NCBI GenBank assembly: GCA_963674785.1
Contig: OY771555.1
Span: 416,001 to 480,000 of the forward strand
Length of the DNA stretch: 64,000 bases
Direction: 5' to 3'
From: Caldisericia bacterium
GTDB lineage: Bacteria > Caldisericota > Caldisericia > JAAYUI01
The notes below the pieces were generated by a model. That model did no database searches, was not told the origin of the DNA, and saw nothing but the letters and a program-made list of their open reading frames with translations. Position numbers and translations under genes: made by a program. Below, piece after piece: positions 1-9,751 of this stretch; positions within the stretch are counted from its first letter, which is position 1; each line of letters opens with the position of its first letter.

Positions 1-1722
1 TTGAAGGAAGAAGAGGGGAAAGGGAGTTTCTGCAAAAATTGTGTGGAGGAGAATGGGAATCTCAGATCATATGATGAAGTATCAGATAGTCTTGCGAAGT
101 ATCTGAGAGATACGCAGGGACTGGATGAGAAGGCATCCATTAATGCTGCAAAAGCAATTGTTTCCAGTCAACCGGTCTGGGAGAAGAAACAGGGAGTTTA
201 TTTTGAAGGGGATATGAAAAGAAAAAAGAATTTAGTAATTACTTTAATAGTGGTCATTGCATTGATTCTAACAGGGGTTGGGATTGAGATATTTGTTTTA
301 GATAAACCTGAGGAAGAAGTGACAGAATCAAAACTTTTTGATGATAAAGAAAAAAACTACGTCATCACACATGAAATCGATGGTCACAAAACATATGAAC
401 TTGATCTACCTGGCTATCAGACAAATCCAACGGTTATAGTTCCAACAAAAGAAGAACTAAAAAGTAAGTACGACGCTTTCATCTTTGCATCAGAAGAAGA
501 CACAAATAAAAATGGTGATGAAGTCTATGATCTTTGCAGATACAAAATTGCCAAAGATGGCTCAAAAGAATATGGAATATTGTTAGATACGGAGAAATTG
601 GTATCAGATACAATAGAAAAAAACGGAATTTTTGTATTTCTTAAAACCGTAAAATTCGATGAAAGTGTTCGTTCGATCAATGGATTGTTCAATAATAAGA
701 AAAACAATAGCGATTCATTACCTTTCAAATGGGAACCAATTTCCAAACCTTATCACCCACAATTTTCGATTCTTGAAGAACATATGGACGAAAAATCATA
801 TTTTCAGGTAAATGAAAAATATATAATATGGTGTGAATTTGACAGCAAAACATCTAGTCAAAGTCTATACCTAAGGAATTTTGATACGCTTCGAACAATT
901 GAGATTTCTAGAACTGTTGCACCGTATACAAGACCATTACTCCTTTCGAACTATGTTGTATGGGAAGACAACAGGAATATAGAAGAAAAAAACTGTTCGA
1001 TTTTCGGGTACAACATTAGCAACTCATCAGAAAATATCCTTTTCCACAGCAATGAATCCATTGGCTTATATTCATCAAAAAATGAAAATTACTTCATCTT
1101 TACCACTTACAACAAAAAAGATGATTCACTCTCGGCAATGGATTACACGCTTAATGTTTATGATCTAAAAAAAATGAAGGTGGAACACATAATTCACGAT
1201 GATTTTTGGTTTGGATCCAGCTATCTAAATAGCTACACTTATTCCTTTCCAGCATTCTTTATTTCGGATGATCTAGAAAATCCAATAATTACGTGGGGAA
1301 TTCGGAAGGATTTTTCTGAAGAATCGGAAGATATCAATTCATCAGACAAAGATTACGGTATAGCATACTTCAGAATAGGAGTTGATAAAAAACCCAACTA
1401 CATAAAAACTGAGGACGACGAGTTTTATAATGTTTATCCAATTGGAAACACTAAAGATTATGTTTTGGTCAATGGAATCAATAAATTATGGATCGTTAAA
1501 ATATCAGAAAGCGGCTTGGAACACAAAATTAAAGAATTAGTCGAATGGAATGACCACATTTTCTTTCCAAATATCTCGAAAATTGATGGAGATTTTATAT
1601 TTTGGTTATCACCCAAAATTGAAAACGTACTATCAAATGAAGATGATGGGATCTTAAAAAGTTCAGTTACAGGCTCAAACATCTGCTGGGCAAGATTATC
1701 TGAAATCTTCCCAGAGGAATAA
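1..1722 (+). CDS. Membrane-anchored protein, 5'-truncated: putative zinc-ribbon domain + single TM + extracellular TolB-like beta-propeller
   Basis: ORF open at the window edge. N-terminal FCKNC..NGNL...QPVW resembles the Zn_ribbon_2 family. Hydrophobic helix LVITLIVVIALILTGVGIEIFV, then repeated 'YIIWCE/YVVWED/FIFW' blades. Confidence 0.6.
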   Translation: MKEEEGKGSFCKNCVEENGNLRSYDEVSDSLAKYLRDTQGLDEKASINAAKAIVSSQPVWEKKQGVYFEGDMKRKKNLVITLIVVIALILTGVGIEIFVLDKPEEEVTESKLFDDKEKNYVITHEIDGHKTYELDLPGYQTNPTVIVPTKEELKSKYDAFIFASEEDTNKNGDEVYDLCRYKIAKDGSKEYGILLDTEKLVSDTIEKNGIFVFLKTVKFDESVRSINGLFNNKKNNSDSLPFKWEPISKPYHPQFSILEEHMDEKSYFQVNEKYIIWCEFDSKTSSQSLYLRNFDTLRTIEISRTVAPYTRPLLLSNYVVWEDNRNIEEKNCSIFGYNISNSSENILFHSNESIGLYSSKNENYFIFTTYNKKDDSLSAMDYTLNVYDLKKMKVEHIIHDDFWFGSSYLNSYTYSFPAFFISDDLENPIITWGIRKDFSEESEDINSSDKDYGIAYFRIGVDKKPNYIKTEDDEFYNVYPIGNTKDYVLVNGINKLWIVKISESGLEHKIKELVEWNDHIFFPNISKIDGDFIFWLSPKIENVLSNEDDGILKSSVTGSNICWARLSEIFPEE

Positions 1723-1767
1723 GTGGCTTCCTGAGGATGATGAGAAAACCTTTTTTTGTATAAAATA

Positions 1768-1828
1768 AAACTCCCCACCCCTGACCTTTTCTCCTAGGAA
1801 GGGGAGCGGTCAGAGAAGCGGGGAGTTT
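1768..1828. terminator. Long imperfect hairpin between convergent genes (likely bidirectional terminator)
   Basis: aaactcccc(1768-1776)/ggggagttt(1820-1828) with inner ctgacc/ggtcag. A-rich flanks give a U-tract on the minus strand. Confidence 0.65.
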
Positions 1829-1855
1829 GCGAAAAAAAAGTGTACAATAAGAAAG

Positions 1856-2968
1856 CTATTCGAATTTCAACTGCTGATAACCACCAAAGTAAGCTTCAGA
1901 AAGCTGATCATAAGAAGTTCCACCAAGTAGCTTTATTATTATCTCATCAAATTTCGTGGCAGGGTCTACATCTGCAAACTGCTCAGGGTAAAGGATTGAA
2001 CCAATAAAATAAGCATCAGCAATTGCCACGCCTATGTTTGTGTAATAATAATTATACGGCATGTGCATATACACATTCCCATTTTTAAACGCCTTTAAGG
2101 CATTATAAAACTCTGGATTTTCCGAATAATCTTCTTTTGCAAGCGAGAGACCACCACCATCAATGAAGATATAATCAGGGTTCATCTCAAGGATTTTTTC
2201 TTTATCGAGCATTATGTATTTTGCAATACCAATCTCCGAAACTGCATTCCTTGCACCGATTGCATTAAAAATTGAAAAATCACCGTCTGTGCTTTCAATA
2301 CCATGTGCTCCACGTGAACTCATGCAACCCATATATGCAAGGGGTTTTTCCTCCTTACTGATACCCACAGTGCGTGAAGAAAGGTCAGACTCCATCTCAG
2401 AAAAGAAATTAATCACTTCGGATGCGCGTTCCTCATTGTGTGTAACTTTTCCAATAAGTTCAATCGATTTGTCAATGGCTGGATCAAACATCTCTATCTC
2501 GCCATAGCTTAATGCAACTACAGGGATTCCAGTTTTCTGCTCGAGTTCATCGACTGCTGATATGTCAGAGTTGTACATCGAAAAAATCACATCTGGATTT
2601 GCAACCAAGAGCTTTTCGGCATCTGGTGTGTTGTTTGGACCACCTGGGCCAATTGAACTTAAAGATTCGAAGCTTTCATTGATAATCCTGTATGGTCGGC
2701 CTGTTTCGTGATTCAATTCCAAATCTTCGATACCCACAAGATTTGATACGTCTGCTGTGTAACAATACAATCTCAGGCATCCTGGCCCAATTGCTACAAA
2801 CTTCTCTGGATTTGCAGGTACTGTTACATCTCTTCCAAGGAGGTCAGTCACAACATAATCGGTTTTTTGGTCATTTGAGGCAGGATCTATCTTTCCCTGT
2901 CCGCAACCAGCAAAAATTGGTAATAATAAAACAACGGCAAGCACAAACACAAAAATCTTTTTTTTCAT
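1856..2968 (-). CDS. Iron/cobalamin-siderophore family ABC transporter substrate-binding lipoprotein
   Basis: Lipobox FAGC, 'VTDLLGRDVTVP', 'EKLLVANPDVIF', 'EKILEMNPDYIFID' (type III periplasmic binding protein). Adjacent to FecCD permease and ATPase. Confidence 0.9.
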   Translation of the reverse strand: MKKKIFVFVLAVVLLLPIFAGCGQGKIDPASNDQKTDYVVTDLLGRDVTVPANPEKFVAIGPGCLRLYCYTADVSNLVGIEDLELNHETGRPYRIINESFESLSSIGPGGPNNTPDAEKLLVANPDVIFSMYNSDISAVDELEQKTGIPVVALSYGEIEMFDPAIDKSIELIGKVTHNEERASEVINFFSEMESDLSSRTVGISKEEKPLAYMGCMSSRGAHGIESTDGDFSIFNAIGARNAVSEIGIAKYIMLDKEKILEMNPDYIFIDGGGLSLAKEDYSENPEFYNALKAFKNGNVYMHMPYNYYYTNIGVAIADAYFIGSILYPEQFADVDPATKFDEIIIKLLGGTSYDQLSEAYFGGYQQLKFE

Positions 2969-3026
2969 AGGTTTTCATCCTCCTGATATATAAGTTTTTT
3001 TGGTCACACAAAGTATGCCTTTTCCA

Positions 3027-3782
3027 TTAGTTAATCGGTATCACAACCGGAGTTCCGCCATAGTTTTCTACGACAACATCAATTCCATATACATCTCCGA
3101 TGTTTTCTGCTGTCAAAACGTTTCTTTCACCTGCAGCAAAGATTTTTCCATCTTTCATCATGATGAATTTGTCGGCAAAACGCATCGCAAGATTCAGGTC
3201 ATGCATAGTAACTACTGCTGAAATATTGTTTTCTGAAACAATATCTCTGATGAGTCTGATAACCTCATATTGATTTTTCAGATCAAGGTTGCTTGTTGGT
3301 TCATCAAACAACAAAACATCAGATTGCTGGGCAAGCGCTCTTGCAATTGCTATCTTTTGTGTTTCTCCACCAGAAAGATGTGTCACCATACGCATGGCAT
3401 ATTTTGAAAGTGAGAGCCTATCCATGATGTCTTGCACAAGTTTCAGATCATTATCTGTCACATCCCACTTTATGTATGGTTTTCGTCCCAAAAGAATGGC
3501 ATCAAAAACTGTTGTTTCTGAGAATTGACTGGTTTGAGCAACATAACCAATCTTCTGTGCAAGAGTATTTGAATCCATTGTTTGAATGTTATCTCGATTG
3601 ACAAGAACATCGCCCGATTTTGACCTCAGTATTCTATTTAAACACTTGAGCAGTGTTGATTTTCCAACACCATTTGTCCCAAGGATTGCGACACACTCAT
3701 TCCTTTTTACAGAAAAAGTCACATCATTTAAAACATCATTGCTGGGATACTGAAAACAAAGGTTTTTGACTTCAAGATTCAT
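3027..3782 (-). CDS. ABC transporter ATP-binding protein (FepC/BtuD-like)
   Basis: Walker A GTNGVGKST, signature LSGGE, Walker B LLFDEPT, MHDLNLA. Confidence 0.95.
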   Translation of the reverse strand: MNLEVKNLCFQYPSNDVLNDVTFSVKRNECVAILGTNGVGKSTLLKCLNRILRSKSGDVLVNRDNIQTMDSNTLAQKIGYVAQTSQFSETTVFDAILLGRKPYIKWDVTDNDLKLVQDIMDRLSLSKYAMRMVTHLSGGETQKIAIARALAQQSDVLLFDEPTSNLDLKNQYEVIRLIRDIVSENNISAVVTMHDLNLAMRFADKFIMMKDGKIFAAGERNVLTAENIGDVYGIDVVVENYGGTPVVIPIN

Positions 3783-4852
3783 CAGACTGTTTTCCTTCCC
3801 TTAAGAAGCAAATACAAAAACATTGGGCCACCAAACAAGCTTGTCAAAGCACCAACCGGCAATACAACCGGAGATATAACGGTTCTTGCAAGTGTGTCAG
3901 CGATAAGAAGAATAGCAGAACCAGCAAGTGCCGATGTTGGAATCAAAAACCTATGATCCTCTCCAACAATTCGTTTCATTATCTGTGGGCCAATCAAACC
4001 AACAAAACCAATCATGCCAAGAAATGAAACCGATACAGATGTGATCAGTGCAGCCACAAGAAGACCCCAGAATCGAACTTTTTGGGTGTTTATTCCAAGA
4101 CCTTTTGCTGTCTCCTCACCATTTGCAAGTGCATTGTAGTTCCATCTCTGAAAGAAGAAATACACCATGCCCAAAACTACAATGATGGCTAAAATCAATA
4201 CCTCCATCCATGATACTCTACCGAGGTCACCAAATGTCCAGAATATCGCAGCAGCGATTTTTATGTCCGATGCAAAATATTGTAGTATTGTCGTACCAGC
4301 CATAAAAAGTGAGCCCAGAGCAACACCAGCCAGAACAATTGATTGCGGTGAAAAACCACGCATCTTTGCGAGTGCAAGTATGATTGCCATTGCACCCATA
4401 GCACAGGCAAAAGCACAAACAGTTACAAGGTATGGGTTGTTTATAGAAACAGCATCGCCTGCAGTATTTAGGATTGTTCCTGCACTAAGTCCAATAATTG
4501 CAAGGTTTGCACCAAATATGGCAGCGTTGCTGATTCCCAATGTTGAAGGGGATGCGAGTGGATTTTTTAATGTATCTTGCATTACGCAACCAGATATTGA
4601 AAGCCCAGCTCCAGCGATAAGTGCAGCAATAACTCGAGGCATCCTAATTCTCCAGATTGCAATTGTTGCCATCTCATCACCGTAACCCAGGATTGTTTTG
4701 AATACCTCAAGTGGATTTAGGTTTGCCGCACCCGCATTAACACATACCAGCATCATAACAAAGACAAACACAACCATAAGCAGGATGATTATCCACTTGC
4801 GTTTTATGTGTTTATGGTATGCCTTTACTCCGGCAGTCTGATCAGAACTCAT
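3782..4852 (-). CDS. FecCD/BtuC family ABC permease
   Basis: 'IRMPR', 'NPLASPSTLGIS', 'GEETAKGLG', 'GMIGFVGLIGP', multiple TMs. Confidence 0.95.
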   Translation of the reverse strand: MSSDQTAGVKAYHKHIKRKWIIILLMVVFVFVMMLVCVNAGAANLNPLEVFKTILGYGDEMATIAIWRIRMPRVIAALIAGAGLSISGCVMQDTLKNPLASPSTLGISNAAIFGANLAIIGLSAGTILNTAGDAVSINNPYLVTVCAFACAMGAMAIILALAKMRGFSPQSIVLAGVALGSLFMAGTTILQYFASDIKIAAAIFWTFGDLGRVSWMEVLILAIIVVLGMVYFFFQRWNYNALANGEETAKGLGINTQKVRFWGLLVAALITSVSVSFLGMIGFVGLIGPQIMKRIVGEDHRFLIPTSALAGSAILLIADTLARTVISPVVLPVGALTSLFGGPMFLYLLLKGRKTV

Positions 4853-4858
4853 AAAAAG

Positions 4859-5392
4859 TTACCAGCCTCGATTATAATCTACGTAACAATCTATGCATAC
4901 TTTTTTGTCGTCCTGCAACCTGATCATGTGTTCTGGAGCCGACTCTCCACAGATTTCACAAATCACACTTGAAAAAAGTCGGGCATATTCGGGAAGCTCG
5001 AACTCTGGTTCTTTAATAAAAAATGCCTCTTCTGCTGGTGCTTCCAACAAATATTTCTGCCATTGCTCAAGCTCAATATCAGGATCTGACTTTGGTTTCA
5101 AAACAATACGTATCTTTTTACCACTATCACGACAGAAAAATGAAAATGCCATTTTTCCAGTGGGACGGTAAATTAAGTTTCCTTTTCCAATTGTGCAACC
5201 AGTTATAACCTGCACTGCATCAACACAACATGCATCGTTTTCTGTTACACAGACAATCTTTTCATCACTTGAGGGGGACATATCAATTCCGAGTCTTTCA
5301 ATAGCGATTTGTGCTGCCCTAAATCCGATCGCAAGTCCTGGACATTCATGACCATGAAAAGACACACACTTATCCCATAAATTCTTATCCAT
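4859..5392 (-). CDS. FmdE family protein with C-terminal zinc finger
   Basis: FHGHECPGLAIG, ENDACCVDAVQVITGCTIGKGN, C-terminal CEICGE...CIDC. Confidence 0.9.
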   Translation of the reverse strand: MDKNLWDKCVSFHGHECPGLAIGFRAAQIAIERLGIDMSPSSDEKIVCVTENDACCVDAVQVITGCTIGKGNLIYRPTGKMAFSFFCRDSGKKIRIVLKPKSDPDIELEQWQKYLLEAPAEEAFFIKEPEFELPEYARLFSSVICEICGESAPEHMIRLQDDKKVCIDCYVDYNRGW

Positions 5393-5415
5393 TTTTGTTC
5401 TCCTTGATTACACTG

Positions 5416-5913
5416 TTATGAAAATAATTCCAATGATTTTTCAGCAAAGCGTGTTCCAAACAATTCAAAGATTTCACGCTTTCCATCAAGATCATCTTTA
5501 AGTGCGATTGGCCCAAGATGGATAAAAGGTCGTCCACATCCAGCACCCGATGAATATGCAAGCATGCCGCGGACAAGGGCATGTTGAAGAGTTGTTAATA
5601 TGGCAACATCTGCACCACCGTGCATGCAGTTGGCTGTTGCAAAACATCCAGCCAGCTTTCCTTCGAGTTTGCAATCCCAGCATGTATCAAAGAATTTTTT
5701 GAGTTGCCAGCAGGTATTTGCAACATAACAAGGAGTACCAAAGATAACGGCTTTACTATCATTTACAAAGTCAAAATCAATGTTTCCGTCAGATTTTATA
5801 TTCATAAGTTTCACATCAATTGAGCTTTCCGTCTTAAGAAGCCCATCTTTGATGAAACCTGCCATTTTTTCTGTATTTCCAGTTTGACTAAAATAAAGAA
5901 TTGTTATTTTCAT
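5416..5913 (-). CDS. Flavodoxin / WrbA-like NAD(P)H-dependent FMN protein
   Basis: YFSQTGNTEKMA FMN loop, 'FGTPCY', 'GKLAGCFATA'. Confidence 0.85.
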   Translation of the reverse strand: MKITILYFSQTGNTEKMAGFIKDGLLKTESSIDVKLMNIKSDGNIDFDFVNDSKAVIFGTPCYVANTCWQLKKFFDTCWDCKLEGKLAGCFATANCMHGGADVAILTTLQHALVRGMLAYSSGAGCGRPFIHLGPIALKDDLDGKREIFELFGTRFAEKSLELFS

Positions 5914-6740
5914 ATCAACTTCCTTTCATCCATTCTCCAACCCATCGTGCAAATTGTTGTTTGAATTGTTTCTTCGATAATTCCATCTGCTGAGATTCCC
6001 ACTAGATAATCGACCAACATTTTTTCTGTCTCAGTATCAATCTCTTGATGAGACTTAAGTCTGTTTAGATACCATCCCTTTGCCTCTTCAATATTTTTTT
6101 TCATCTGCCAGACAGCTGGGTGATAAGACACAGTTGGCAATTTTCCCATTTGCCAGAGTATTGAGAATGCGTACATCATAGAACTATCAAGTTCATTACT
6201 TTTTGAATCTGAATCAGCCATACTTTTCAGTTTGTCAAAAACAGGGTCAATTCTAAAAACAGGTTTTATAAGGTAACAATATTTTGATGAGAGAGACAAC
6301 ATTTTTTCAAACGAAGAAGCATCAGAGATCGCCGGAGTCATATGGGCAAAAACAAGGTCAAATTTTGCATTTCCAATATCAAAATCGTTGAAATCAGCAT
6401 TAACAAAAGTCACATTTGAAATATCTTCTTTTTCTGTCAAGGAGTTTGCATACCCGAGCATCTTGGAAGATATGTCAACACCAAAAACTCTGCCAACTTT
6501 ATCTGCCAGAACAACCGAATAGATGCCCGTGCCACACCCAATATCAAGCACAGACATGCTCTCATCCCAATCAATATCATTTTGCAATTTACCTAAAAAT
6601 GGATCACTTTTCCAATCCGGCAGTGAAATCTCCTTGAAATAGCGGTCAGCCATGCTGTCCCACGACGCCAACTGCGCCTTCTTGTCAGTGAATTTGTTAT
6701 TCCATGAATCTCTTATTTGCAATAAACTCACAATAATCAC
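5910..6740 (-). CDS. Class I SAM-dependent methyltransferase
   Basis: VLDIGCGTG motif I, GVDISSKML, FDLVFA. First gene of the metal-uptake operon. Confidence 0.9.
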   Translation of the reverse strand: MIIVSLLQIRDSWNNKFTDKKAQLASWDSMADRYFKEISLPDWKSDPFLGKLQNDIDWDESMSVLDIGCGTGIYSVVLADKVGRVFGVDISSKMLGYANSLTEKEDISNVTFVNADFNDFDIGNAKFDLVFAHMTPAISDASSFEKMLSLSSKYCYLIKPVFRIDPVFDKLKSMADSDSKSNELDSSMMYAFSILWQMGKLPTVSYHPAVWQMKKNIEEAKGWYLNRLKSHQEIDTETEKMLVDYLVGISADGIIEETIQTTICTMGWRMDERKLI

Positions 6741-7107
6741 CTCTGAAAAAGACGATAACGAATTCGGTTCAAGAATAAAATTAAATCTTATTAGATTTGA
6801 TATTTAATCTTATAGACAGGTAAATATGTATTCGATGAATTATAATAAACATAGAATCAAAGGTATTTATAACACAATATGAAAGCAAACACTCAAATTT
6901 GATTATTTAACTCAATATAAATATTTATTCAATACTTTGGATACGATCGTGTCTTATAATCAATCTGAAACTTGGAAATAGCACTGATTTTATGAATATT
7001 TACAGGAGAATATGGGTAATTATTCGAAATTCTCAACCATTCTTTGTGTTTATTTAGCTAAAAGGAATATGCGAATAAAAAACATCGGTAAATTTGTTCA
7101 GATAAAA

Positions 7108-9741
7108 TTACCCTTCCTTCAAAACCCTCACAGTTCCGGCACTACCATCCACCTCAATCATCATTCCATCTTTGAGTCGCTCTGAAGCAAGTCCAATCCC
7201 TGAAACACATGGTTTTCCGTACTCTCTTGCGACCATAGCACCGTGTTGAAGCATTCCACCCATCTCAAGAACAACTGCAGTAGCATTTACAAAGAGCGGA
7301 GTCCAACCAGGGTCAGTTGACCTTGTGACAAGAATTTCTCCAGGGTGAAGAGGTTTTTCAAAGGGTGAATGGAGAACCTTCACCTTGCCTATAACTTTTC
7401 CAGGTGAAATAGCGTCCCCCACCAACAAGTCTTTGTCACCCTCAGGTGCAGCAGGATTGATGATTCTTCCCCTTGAATCAAAAATTGCTGGGAATTTTTT
7501 GATATGAGAAATCCTGCTTGTATATCTGGTATTGTATTTTCTTAAGTCGTGAATATCAAATTTTTCATCCGCAAGAACCATGTCAATCTCTTCAATCTTT
7601 AGGTCAAATATCTGATTAGGGTAGTCCAATCTACCATCTGTCACAAGTCTTCTTCCAGCTTTTAAAATCTCTCTTTTAAACACTGACATTGCCCAAACAA
7701 TCCAATATTTGTGAGATTCACGGTAATAGAGATGCGCATTTAATACCTCGTAGGCTTTCTCAAATTTCTTTGCTTTGCCTATTTTTTCTGCTATTCTTTT
7801 GAGCTCTTTGAATGCCTGTTGCCGTTTTTGGGCAGATTTCTCAAAAACATTTCGAGGGTCTGATTCCGGATCATCTGATTCTGCCATCACCTTGAGTTGA
7901 TCAAAAATCAATTTTGGATTTTCATAAGGTTTTTCAGAAGCGACATCCAATTCCATTGGTGCTCTAAATCCATACTTTCTCATGAAATCTTCCCAAAGGC
8001 TCATAAACTCAGAACTGAATGATTTTCCCTCAAGACCTTTGATAAACTCACCATAATCCCTGGATTTTTTCACTTCATCAAATCGAGACAGGTCATACAT
8101 AGAAAAACCCATCTCCATGGTGACATTTCCAGGGAAGGATTTTTGAACATCAATAATGAGATCGGAATAAGCAGGCATCTTTTTAAAGATTTTCTTTATG
8201 ACTGTCTGCGCCTTTAAAACCGAATAGACTGTATAGAGAGAAACAGAGATCAGATCATGAGCATATATGCACATTTTCCTGGCAAACTCTGTATAAGAGC
8301 TATAATTTTCAGCCAAGTTTTCAATGTTGCTAACATATTCCTTTTCTTTTTCATGCACCAATTCCATATATTTTTCTGGGTCTTTGTATGCAGCAAAGTA
8401 GCTTTTTAGACTACCACTTGTTCCTTTGAAGCCTTTGATGAGTTTCCAGAACATAAATCTCAGATTTTTTGGGACTCTTTTTGGCTTATATTTTTTGAGA
8501 TTCTCCATTATTGTTTTGGTTGTAGAGCTGTCCAAACCAATGTTCATTTTGTTAAGAATCCACCTGCCAGACGTCGAAGCAGAGAGGTTGCTGACGTTCA
8601 GATAGTATTTACCATGAATAAAAATGAATATCCCATCTTTGACTTCAAAAAAGCCTTTTGCCAACTTCTCTCCCAACATTGGTTTCGTGTAATAATAAAA
8701 ATAATCTGAACCCAAAATTGAGAAATGCTTTTCAACCCCTTGTCCAGTTATTAATGCATCCACATAAAGAAGTCTGTCCTGTCCAGGTTCTGTGGTCATC
8801 TCATCGGGAATTGGAATGTACGTTGTTACATGCCTCGCTTGAAGAATAAATATTTTTCCATCAGAAACACACCATTCAATATCCGTTGGGTGTTTGTAAA
8901 GAGCCTCAATCTCCTTGCAGTTTTCTGCAAGTTCATGGATCTGTTCATCTGATAATGAGAACTCAGCATTCATCTCAGATTTTTTCTCAATAACATGACC
9001 AGTTTTTTCAGATATAATAACAGTTTCCTTTGACCCAATTTTCTTTTCAATGATGTGACCAGAAAGTTTATTATATATAACGGTATCAGGTTCAACACTG
9101 CCAGAAACTACAGATTCACCAAGCCCAAAATTTGAATTAATTACCAACTCATCAAGGTCATTTGTCACCGGGTTTACGGTAAAGGCAACCCCACTGGCAT
9201 CTGCATCAACTATCTCTTGCACAACAACAGCAATCTTGATTGATTCCTGAGGGATATTGTTTTCATGTCTATAGCTGATTGCACGTGCAGTCCACAGTGA
9301 TGCAAAACATTTGATTATGTGTTCTTCAACGTCTTCGGCCATTATATTTAGATACGTATCTTGAAGACCAGCAAAGCTCATTGTGGGTAGGTCTTCAGCT
9401 GTTGCAGAAGACCTTACTGCGAAATTCCTATCGAAGTTTTTAAGTTCTGTTTCGATTTCATTTGAAATCTCATCTGGCATTGAAACCGACAAAAATGCAG
9501 ACCTTATTTTTTCAGAGTATTTTTCAAGTGAAACCTGTGAGGAATAGTCGACCGCAAGCAAACAGGATTTGATTATTGCATCTAGTCCATTCTCAGTAAC
9601 AAACTCAAGATAAGCCTCAGTCCCCACTGCAAAACCATCAGGTACAGAAAAGCCAGCATTCATAAGTTTTGAGAGGTTTATAGTTTTCCCACCAAAAAGC
9701 TCAAATTCATTTGAGTCCTTAAGTTTTGCAGTTAGAAGCAT
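7108..9741 (-). CDS. PEP-utilising enzyme, rifampin-phosphotransferase/PigC-like architecture (ATP-grasp + substrate domain + His swivel domain)
   Basis: GGK, AVRSSATAEDLP.SFAG, DIEW, LQARH; C-terminal TDPGWTPLF...GGMLQHGAMVAREYGKPCV; no pyruvate-binding TIM barrel. Confidence 0.85.
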   Translation of the reverse strand: MLLTAKLKDSNEFELFGGKTINLSKLMNAGFSVPDGFAVGTEAYLEFVTENGLDAIIKSCLLAVDYSSQVSLEKYSEKIRSAFLSVSMPDEISNEIETELKNFDRNFAVRSSATAEDLPTMSFAGLQDTYLNIMAEDVEEHIIKCFASLWTARAISYRHENNIPQESIKIAVVVQEIVDADASGVAFTVNPVTNDLDELVINSNFGLGESVVSGSVEPDTVIYNKLSGHIIEKKIGSKETVIISEKTGHVIEKKSEMNAEFSLSDEQIHELAENCKEIEALYKHPTDIEWCVSDGKIFILQARHVTTYIPIPDEMTTEPGQDRLLYVDALITGQGVEKHFSILGSDYFYYYTKPMLGEKLAKGFFEVKDGIFIFIHGKYYLNVSNLSASTSGRWILNKMNIGLDSSTTKTIMENLKKYKPKRVPKNLRFMFWKLIKGFKGTSGSLKSYFAAYKDPEKYMELVHEKEKEYVSNIENLAENYSSYTEFARKMCIYAHDLISVSLYTVYSVLKAQTVIKKIFKKMPAYSDLIIDVQKSFPGNVTMEMGFSMYDLSRFDEVKKSRDYGEFIKGLEGKSFSSEFMSLWEDFMRKYGFRAPMELDVASEKPYENPKLIFDQLKVMAESDDPESDPRNVFEKSAQKRQQAFKELKRIAEKIGKAKKFEKAYEVLNAHLYYRESHKYWIVWAMSVFKREILKAGRRLVTDGRLDYPNQIFDLKIEEIDMVLADEKFDIHDLRKYNTRYTSRISHIKKFPAIFDSRGRIINPAAPEGDKDLLVGDAISPGKVIGKVKVLHSPFEKPLHPGEILVTRSTDPGWTPLFVNATAVVLEMGGMLQHGAMVAREYGKPCVSGIGLASERLKDGMMIEVDGSAGTVRVLKEG

Positions 9742-9751
9742 CTATTCCTCC

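Noticed and set aside
6741-7107. Cobalamin or other riboswitch upstream of the ABC operon
   Set aside because: Extremely AT-rich, with no recognisable B12-box or stable stems.
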